Source: a bacterium
Lineage (GTDB): Bacteria > Hinthialibacterota > Hinthialibacteria > Hinthialibacterales > Hinthialibacteraceae
Assembly: GCA_963662285.2 (NCBI GenBank)
Contig: CAXXMV010000002.1
Span: 1,696,001 to 1,760,000 of the forward strand
Length of the DNA stretch: 64,000 nt
Direction: 5' to 3'
A program made the translations under genes and the position numbers. Positions 57,572 through 64,000 of the stretch are shown here, in pieces (the first letter of the stretch is position 1; each line of letters begins with the position of its first letter). Under the pieces are notes generated by a model. That model was not told where the DNA came from, did no database searches, and saw only the letters and a program-made list of their open reading frames with translations.

Positions 57572-58486
57572 ATGAACATTAATATGACTCAGCCGATTTT
57601 CTCTGATCCCACAGAGGATGCGTTCGTCCTGCAGAAGGGCGCTATGCGTAATGTGCTATTTGAGACTCCTCATTTAGGGCGCATTGTACCCAACGAATTT
57701 AGCGGACATTCACAACTGGTAGATTCAGCCAGGCAGCGCTGGGATAATGGCATCGATAAGGCTGGTGAATACCTGCTCAAGAAAACCGGCGGCGAGTGGC
57801 TGGCTTCAACGGCGTCGCGTATGGTGGTCGATCTCAATCGCGGCGTGGATAGAGTCGATCAGCGGGTCTGCCCGCGTTGGCCGGGGGCGCGCATCCATCA
57901 GGACGGCGGCGTCATAGTTCCTTTTACGCGGAGTAAAAATGGTATGGTTCAGTTGTATTCCGAACCGTTGCATCCCGAAGAGGTGGAGTTTCGACTGAAG
58001 CATTATTGGTATCCATATCACGATGAATTAAACCGACGCTTGAAGATCATGCAGCGTCGCTATGGCAGCGCTATATTGATATGCCTGCACAGCGCTGAAC
58101 CCGAACCGCAGCATCAATGTGGTAAACATCCGGTGGTATACCTTGGAACAGGCAATGGCCAGACCTGCGATGTTGAGATTCTCGGCGCTCTGCGCAATGC
58201 TCTTGAGAAGAGTGATGTGGTGGTTATTTCTGACGGTTATTATCAGGGCGCATTCACCACTCAAGCCTATGGCGTCGAAGAGAATGTTCAGGCTATCCAG
58301 ATTGAATTGGACCGGCGCTATCTTGATACTGAAAAAAACCTATTATCTCAGCTTGAACCTGTCTCGTCAGCACTGACTTCCGTCTCTATTTGTGGAACCT
58401 CTCCAACCTCTTCCAGTGGGAGGCGCCGCGCTTATGGCGCCCGCACCTACGTTGATCCTCTAACTGGCGATGTTTCATTGTATTAG
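57572..58486 (+). CDS. N-formylglutamate amidohydrolase family protein
   Basis: TPHLG, SRMVVDLNR, YWYPYH, LHS, LGT, YQGAFTT, IQIELDRRY. Confidence 0.85.
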   Translation: MNINMTQPIFSDPTEDAFVLQKGAMRNVLFETPHLGRIVPNEFSGHSQLVDSARQRWDNGIDKAGEYLLKKTGGEWLASTASRMVVDLNRGVDRVDQRVCPRWPGARIHQDGGVIVPFTRSKNGMVQLYSEPLHPEEVEFRLKHYWYPYHDELNRRLKIMQRRYGSAILICLHSAEPEPQHQCGKHPVVYLGTGNGQTCDVEILGALRNALEKSDVVVISDGYYQGAFTTQAYGVEENVQAIQIELDRRYLDTEKNLLSQLEPVSSALTSVSICGTSPTSSSGRRRAYGARTYVDPLTGDVSLY

Positions 58487-58536
58487 GTAATTGCGCCTGT
58501 TATCATATCTGCCTTATTTTTATATACTTAAAAAAT

Positions 58537-58554
58537 CAATGTAACGTTACGTTG
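58537..58554. promoter_or_regulatory. LacI/cre-like palindromic operator
   Basis: CAATGTAAC|GTTACGTTG, with a partial second copy ATGTAACGT at 58607. Confidence 0.45.
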
Positions 58555-58741
58555 CTTTGGATGTGCTTTTATCTATACAAAATAATATATGAAATATTTT
58601 AATTGCATGTAACGTAATATTGCATCAAGTAGGTATATTACTAAAATAATATTTAATTTGACTTCCATAAATATCCATTTGGCATTATTCTTAGTTGTAA
58701 TGAATTAGTATATTTTTGTTATTTTTATTTTATTTTTTTGG

Positions 58742-59728
58742 ATGCAAGATGCAGGGTTAATATTTATCATGAACAGCCAAGTTTATGACAGCGCCAAAGA
58801 GAAAATACGTAAAGCCTTGGTTTACGAATATCTCAAAAAAAATCCTGGCGTTCGTGAGAAGGATGTCGTTCTGGCCTGTCGAAAAGGTGAACTTATTTTT
58901 ACCGAAATATCCACCATTCTCGCCGATGTAGAATTAAGAGATCAATCCAACCAAATATTCAAACAAGCCAATTCCATGTTCTCTGAATTAGCTATACACC
59001 ATGATCAAAGATGGAGGGATTGCCTGGAATCGAGCCAACATTCAATCCAAATGGTGGTTTGTCTTCATTCGTCAATGTTCTCCTATTTCGATGATGATGA
59101 TAAAAAAGAGCAGGAAAAATTTTTCAATAGAAAAGAAGGGCTTTGCGCACAAATAACTGTCCAGATTCATCAACTTTCTCAAGATATCAAAAGGATGAAT
59201 ATCCAAAAAGTATCACAAGATTCGGTGGCTAAAAGAGAAATTCTTCTACAATATCTGAAACGGGTTGTTGATCAACTGGAAATACTGCATGAAATGTTGA
59301 GTCGAGAAGTGGAATTAGGCGATATCTTTTCCACCCAGACGGAAAAGTACCTTGATATCCAATTCAAAAATATAAAAAAAACTTATACTTTTAATATTAA
59401 TCAGATTACGGATATCTACAAAGCGCTTAAAAACGATAAACGGGCTACCATTGATGCATCGTTGCAATTTAATGAAAGTATTCTTAATTCCACTAAAAAT
59501 ACGCTATTATCCGCGGTTGACAGTATGAAGAAGGATCTAACTATACGTCGAAGTCAAATCCAGGAAATTTGGATGGCGATATCCTCTTTGAGTGATACCG
59601 TCAAGCAAATTGAGAGTATTCAAGAACTGGATAAAGAAGGAAAACTTGATGCTTCGATCTCTTTATCTCCCAATGGAAATCGTATGGTTCGTTTTATGGA
59701 CCGGGTTAAACAGATAATCAAATCTTGA
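58742..59728 (+). CDS. Hypothetical helical/coiled-coil protein
   Basis: 328-aa AT-rich ORF with no recognised motif. Confidence 0.6.
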   Translation: MQDAGLIFIMNSQVYDSAKEKIRKALVYEYLKKNPGVREKDVVLACRKGELIFTEISTILADVELRDQSNQIFKQANSMFSELAIHHDQRWRDCLESSQHSIQMVVCLHSSMFSYFDDDDKKEQEKFFNRKEGLCAQITVQIHQLSQDIKRMNIQKVSQDSVAKREILLQYLKRVVDQLEILHEMLSREVELGDIFSTQTEKYLDIQFKNIKKTYTFNINQITDIYKALKNDKRATIDASLQFNESILNSTKNTLLSAVDSMKKDLTIRRSQIQEIWMAISSLSDTVKQIESIQELDKEGKLDASISLSPNGNRMVRFMDRVKQIIKS

Positions 59729-59733
59729 TCACT

Positions 59734-60999
59734 CTATTCAACAAAGTCACGGCCATCTTTTTTTGATGTTTCCCATTTTTTTGATGTACTGAAAACTTTG
59801 ACTCCATAGGGCGCTATGCGAGTGGTTAATGCGCCATCAAGAATTTCATTTTCCTGGCTGCCGTATAATTCAAATAACGTTTTACCTTCTAATTGATCCA
59901 AGCCGTTCAGTTCTACTCCCATGTGCCATACGTCATCTTCATTGACCAGGATAATCAACCAATCATCGGCAATACGGCGGACTGAAGATGATACGCCACG
60001 TATGTCTTTTTCTTCATCCGGTATTTCAGCCAGATTGATGTTCGGATTTCCCTGTTCGGGAGCGGTGAGAAAAGGTTGCAGGGATGCTAATTCGCTGGTT
60101 AGGGCGTAAACTGATTGACGGAATTGATCGCTTTTTAAGTAAGCGGAACCCCAATATAAGATGCCATTGGCGCCATGAGTGATTACGTTATAAGCCATGA
60201 ATCTTGATTCATCAAATGTTGGATAGGCAGTCTCTGTTGCTCCATAATAGTCGCCTAATTCGTTCCAGGAGAAAGCCTGTAGAACCATCCAGACCGGCTT
60301 GCCTTTGCCAACAATTTGCCAACGATCCACGGCCTGACCCATTTTATAGACGCGCCGTTTATCTTTTTTGACGGGATATATATCACAACCAGTGATATCT
60401 ACAAATTTGAGGTACTGCCGGACGTAATGCAAGTCGCTTTCCAGCGCCTCATTGATCCAGACAGGTCTATTGTTATTATCAAGTTTTCTGATGAGTTCAA
60501 CAGCGTCGCGCATGTTGGGTATGATGGTCTTGGCTTTTTCACGGGAGTATTCGACTGCGGTTGGCGTTTGCTTCCACCATGCTCCGGGTTCTTTGTGGAT
60601 TTTTTGAGTGCGATAGAGCATACTGGCCGCTGTGAAATTCCAGGCAATTTCATCGGGGCCTTCCCAGACGGCTAGAGCGGGATGGTCTTTTAATTCGAGG
60701 ATGGTCTGCTTCAATTGATCGGTGGCGCCATTTTGAAGAGGCAACGATATGACGCCTTTGATGCCTACGGCATGAATCCTATCAAGGTCTTTTTTCGCAC
60801 TACACCTGATCAGGTTGATTCCAGATTCAGCCATTCTTTGCAGGTCAGCGTCTTCTTCGGGTAGTTCATAGAATCCAAGCGGGAACAGCGTTTTGGCATT
60901 ATTTTGAATCAGACCATTTTGGTCTGCGGTAGATAGAATCGTAGTGAAGAAAAGCATAATTAGTATGATAGATATACTGGAAAACAACTTTTTCATCAT
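59734..60999 (-). CDS. Exported glycoside-hydrolase-like (TIM barrel) protein
   Basis: Signal peptide; FPLGFY, HPALAVWEGPDE, DITGCDIYP, KPVWMVLQAF, HGANGILYW. Confidence 0.65.
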   Translation of the reverse strand: MMKKLFSSISIILIMLFFTTILSTADQNGLIQNNAKTLFPLGFYELPEEDADLQRMAESGINLIRCSAKKDLDRIHAVGIKGVISLPLQNGATDQLKQTILELKDHPALAVWEGPDEIAWNFTAASMLYRTQKIHKEPGAWWKQTPTAVEYSREKAKTIIPNMRDAVELIRKLDNNNRPVWINEALESDLHYVRQYLKFVDITGCDIYPVKKDKRRVYKMGQAVDRWQIVGKGKPVWMVLQAFSWNELGDYYGATETAYPTFDESRFMAYNVITHGANGILYWGSAYLKSDQFRQSVYALTSELASLQPFLTAPEQGNPNINLAEIPDEEKDIRGVSSSVRRIADDWLIILVNEDDVWHMGVELNGLDQLEGKTLFELYGSQENEILDGALTTRIAPYGVKVFSTSKKWETSKKDGRDFVE

Positions 61000-61073
61000 C
61001 GGATCTACTCCTGGAATGGTTGGATATTATGGTGTGCGTCTTATTTTATAATATTATTTATTATTTGAGATAT

Positions 61074-61144
61074 CTAGAGCGATTCTCAAAATAACGTGCG
61101 TTAATGCGGTTTCAATACGCATATATTTTTGTTAACCGCTATAG
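61074..61144. mobile_element. 71-bp MITE-like element with CTAGAGCG/CGCTATAG terminal inverted repeats
   Basis: CTAGAGCGATTCTCAAAATA...TATTTTTGTTAACCGCTATAG; solo ends at 3241, 9317, about 50440 and 61145. Confidence 0.5.
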
Positions 61145-61180
61145 TAGAGCGTTTCACTTGGTATGTCCGGTGGTGGTTTA

Positions 61181-62173
61181 TTATTCTTTTATCCAATCCG
61201 GGCCGTTTAATGCGGATAGATTCCGCATGGCAGCGGAGGGATGTAATTGCAACCTGATTGTTTTAGATAAACTGGAAGCCAGCCATTTTTTTACTTCGGT
61301 CGGCTCTCCAAGCAAGGTTAGGATTTGAGGATCAGCGAGGCTTGCCGCAACTGCATCTTCACTGAAAACTTGCAGTGTTTCGGCTATGGCTTCCATGCGT
61401 TGACGGGTGGGCGTTAAGGTTATGTTCCGGCCGCAGGCGGCGAATGGTTTTCCGGGATGGAGATTCCCCCCGATGGCATCCAGAACAATCTTAAGGTTTT
61501 CAACAAAATTCCAGTGACAAGGCCACAGCATGTCGATAGCAATGCCCAGCGAAAGTGCCGCTTCATCTCCGTTTTCTGCGTCATGGATGATGGTTTTCAC
61601 TGTCGTCAACCAGAAATCCGGGTGCTCTCTGTAGTGTTCGGGGCAGGTATGGTGATAACCGTAATCGTATTCTTCTGCGCTAAGCAGCATCCAGACGTAT
61701 TGAGTGGAGGGATCGTCTTGCGACAACGGCCAGTTGATCAGACTACGGATTTTGTCGATCACTCTTTGGACTTGCCATTCCTTCAGTGGAGACCGTTTTC
61801 CAAGACCGGAAAGCAATTCTGATGCGGGAACTTCGCCTATGGATTGATCAATGGAGGTGTTTGGAGGCCCCACGCACCATGATGAGAGAGTAGCGCAAGC
61901 CATTTGCCAGATTTTTTCGGCTGTGTGGAAATTTCCCGGCTGTCTTACGCCCAAGCCCTTATCTGTTGTACCAAGCCCAATAGCCTCGATAATGTTGCTT
62001 ACCCAGCGCTCTGATTTGTGGTGGCATAATTCAAGAGTTGAAATCAGTTCCCGAATCTTTAATGTGTTTACATCAATGGGAGCAATGCGATCTTCTATTG
62101 CATCTATGTTCTGGATTTCTTCATCGGCTTCCAGTGCGCAATTACGCCAATGTGGTCTACATGATTTCTTCAT
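61181..62173 (-). CDS. Hypothetical Cys/His/Trp-rich protein
   Basis: 330-aa ORF with GGAGA RBS; no recognised family. Confidence 0.65.
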   Translation of the reverse strand: MKKSCRPHWRNCALEADEEIQNIDAIEDRIAPIDVNTLKIRELISTLELCHHKSERWVSNIIEAIGLGTTDKGLGVRQPGNFHTAEKIWQMACATLSSWCVGPPNTSIDQSIGEVPASELLSGLGKRSPLKEWQVQRVIDKIRSLINWPLSQDDPSTQYVWMLLSAEEYDYGYHHTCPEHYREHPDFWLTTVKTIIHDAENGDEAALSLGIAIDMLWPCHWNFVENLKIVLDAIGGNLHPGKPFAACGRNITLTPTRQRMEAIAETLQVFSEDAVAASLADPQILTLLGEPTEVKKWLASSLSKTIRLQLHPSAAMRNLSALNGPDWIKE

Positions 62174-62291
62174 GATTTTTCTCCATTAGCAGTTAGAACT
62201 GTTCTGCAAATATTATAGAATGATTTTCAGGAATTTTTTTATTACAGAAATAAACTGGATTATTCAGTTTGGATAATGCGGAGGAAATATT

Positions 62292-63350
62292 ATGACTTGT
62301 CGAATAGATCGTCGCAGTTTTCTTGGTAAGACGGCTCTGGCTGGCGCGGCAGTCGGCATTAGAGGACCGGAAGAGAAACAATTACTGGCTATGTTGGAGA
62401 ATCCCTCTGATTCAACGGCAAAGCAGAAATCAGTTTCCGGCAAAATTCCCTGCGGCAAGATAGGCGATATTTCAATCAGCAGGCTTATCGGCGGTGGGAA
62501 CATCATCAGCGGATGGTGTCATCAACGCGACCTGCTCTATGTTTCTACATTGGCGTCAAAGTATCTGACCCGAGAAAAACAATACGACACCCTGGAGATG
62601 ATGGAGGAATACGGCATCAACACCTGTTCCCCTGATCCCAGTCAGATGGACTTCATCAATAAATATAAGGAAGAACGGGGCGGCGAGATTCAAACTATCG
62701 TCGGCGTACATCAGGATTGGGCGGATTTCAGTAATCCCTACTGGTCTGATGGGAAAAAATCCGGCTTGAAGGAATGGATCGATTTTAGCATTGATGAAGG
62801 TTCCACCATTATTTATATTCAGGGCGGCTATGCTGAACATGTCATGAAAACCGGCGATCCAAAGAAAATCGAAATAATCGCCAAAGGCGTCGAGTATATC
62901 AAAAAACAAGGCATCCCCGCCGGTATCGGCGGCCATGACGTCAAGGTTATCGAGGTTGCTGATGAATATGGCATCGAGCCGGATTTCTATTTCAAATCCT
63001 TCCATCACGATCAATACTGGTCAGCGCTGCCCAAGGATAAACGTATTCCCTGGTCAGTGGATAGCACCCGTTATCTGGATCACAATAAATTCCACGACAA
63101 TATATTTGATCTCTTCCCGGAAAAAACCAAAGCGATAATGGAAAAAAAGAAAACGCCCTGGATCGCATACAAGACGCTGGCGGCTGGCGCTATCCGCCCG
63201 GAATCGGCTTTTGAATATTGCTTCAAGAACGGCGCCGATTTCATAACAGTAGGTATGTTCGATTTTCAAATCGCCGAAGACGCTATCGTGGCTAATAAGA
63301 TTCTGGCTATGGATGAGGTTCAAAACCGTAAGCGCCCCTGGTGCGCTTAA
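62292..63350 (+). CDS. TAT-exported aldo/keto-reductase-like protein
   Basis: DRRSFLG, ISRLIGGGN, PWIAYKTLAAGAI, GADFITVGMFDFQI. Confidence 0.75.
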   Translation: MTCRIDRRSFLGKTALAGAAVGIRGPEEKQLLAMLENPSDSTAKQKSVSGKIPCGKIGDISISRLIGGGNIISGWCHQRDLLYVSTLASKYLTREKQYDTLEMMEEYGINTCSPDPSQMDFINKYKEERGGEIQTIVGVHQDWADFSNPYWSDGKKSGLKEWIDFSIDEGSTIIYIQGGYAEHVMKTGDPKKIEIIAKGVEYIKKQGIPAGIGGHDVKVIEVADEYGIEPDFYFKSFHHDQYWSALPKDKRIPWSVDSTRYLDHNKFHDNIFDLFPEKTKAIMEKKKTPWIAYKTLAAGAIRPESAFEYCFKNGADFITVGMFDFQIAEDAIVANKILAMDEVQNRKRPWCA

Positions 63351-63377
63351 GAAGATATACTGTTGATGGAGATAAAT

Positions 63378-64000
63378 ATGAATCATCGATTAATCTGCGT
63401 TTGTTGCATTGCCCTGGCTGGATTTGTTATGTTGACGGATAAGGTTGGCTATTCAGATAATGACTACCCACTGGAGACTTTGGATATCCGCATTCGCGAC
63501 CCCTTTGTTTACGCCGATGCGGATTCACAGACTTATTATATGTATGCTCAAACGGGCAACCGCGAGGGCGAAGGAAATGTAGGGCTTGGCGTCGAGGTTT
63601 ACAAAAGCAAAGACCTCAAGCATTGGAGCAATCCTGACCTGGTATATAAGCGCGACAAGGATTTCTGGGGCGGCGAGCAGATTTGGGCGCCGGAGATGCA
63701 CCGCTTAGGTGATTGGTTCTATCTTTTTGTATCTTTCAATGGTCGTGTAGGAGGCCGGGGAACGCAGATCATCCGCGCAGCTAAACCTGATGGGCCATTT
63801 ACTATTGCAAGCGACAAGGCATGCACGCCAGCTGCGCAATGTTCACTGGATGGAACTCTCTGGATCGACGAAACAGGCGCTCGCTGGATGGTCTACTGTC
63901 ATGAGTGGGTGCAGATTGGCGATGGCGGTATGTTGGCTGTGCGTATGAAAGACGATTTGAGCGAGCGGATTGGCGAGCCTACAGTATTGTTCCATGCATC
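63378..64000 (+). CDS. Glycoside hydrolase family 43; runs off the window end
   Basis: Translated by hand: signal peptide, RIRDPFV, YKSKDLKHW, IWAPEM, SLDGTL, YCHEWVQIGDG. Confidence 0.85.
   Translation, partial: MNHRLICVCCIALAGFVMLTDKVGYSDNDYPLETLDIRIRDPFVYADADSQTYYMYAQTGNREGEGNVGLGVEVYKSKDLKHWSNPDLVYKRDKDFWGGEQIWAPEMHRLGDWFYLFVSFNGRVGGRGTQIIRAAKPDGPFTIASDKACTPAAQCSLDGTLWIDETGARWMVYCHEWVQIGDGGMLAVRMKDDLSERIGEPTVLFHA

Noticed and set aside
58420-58486. GC-rich hairpin ending CCTAC and a DVSLY tail in the amidohydrolase gene
   Set aside because: The match to the REP families is weak, and the protein has no signal peptide, so the tail was not counted as the sorting motif.

Overview
Bacterial chromosome segment of moderate GC with about 50 CDS. 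Many genes encode exported glycoside hydrolases, TAT substrates and large surface proteins, a style reminiscent of BRC1/OLB16/PVC-like candidate lineages (the taxonomy is inference). The core is a minus-strand translation cluster: tRNA-Val(GAC), thrS-infC-rpmI-rplT-pheS, an inserted AAA-ATPase/DUF4276-like pair, then secE-nusG-rplK-rplA, an L10 leader with a terminator, an inserted histidine phosphatase, and rplJ-rplL. pheT, tuf/rpmG and rpoBC are not adjacent. Accessory content includes a 2016-aa Ig/WD40/FGE surface protein, a Fic protein, a SNF2-X-Y-SWIM module, a sigma54-preceded binding protein plus a kinase-less HisKA sensor plus a diguanylate cyclase, and GH127, GH43-like, CotH and CRTAC1 genes. 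The main non-coding signals are (1) an L10 leader separated from rplJ by a captured enzyme gene, (2) several small palindromic repeat families (GTAG-REP-like, CCCTCTCCC-type, CTAGAGCG-MITE-like) with compensatory base changes and nesting, and (3) a hairpin cluster upstream of thrS. Two short C-terminal motifs are each shared by otherwise unrelated exported proteins and may be undescribed sorting or assembly signals. No CRISPR array, rRNA, transposase, integrase or reverse transcriptase was seen.
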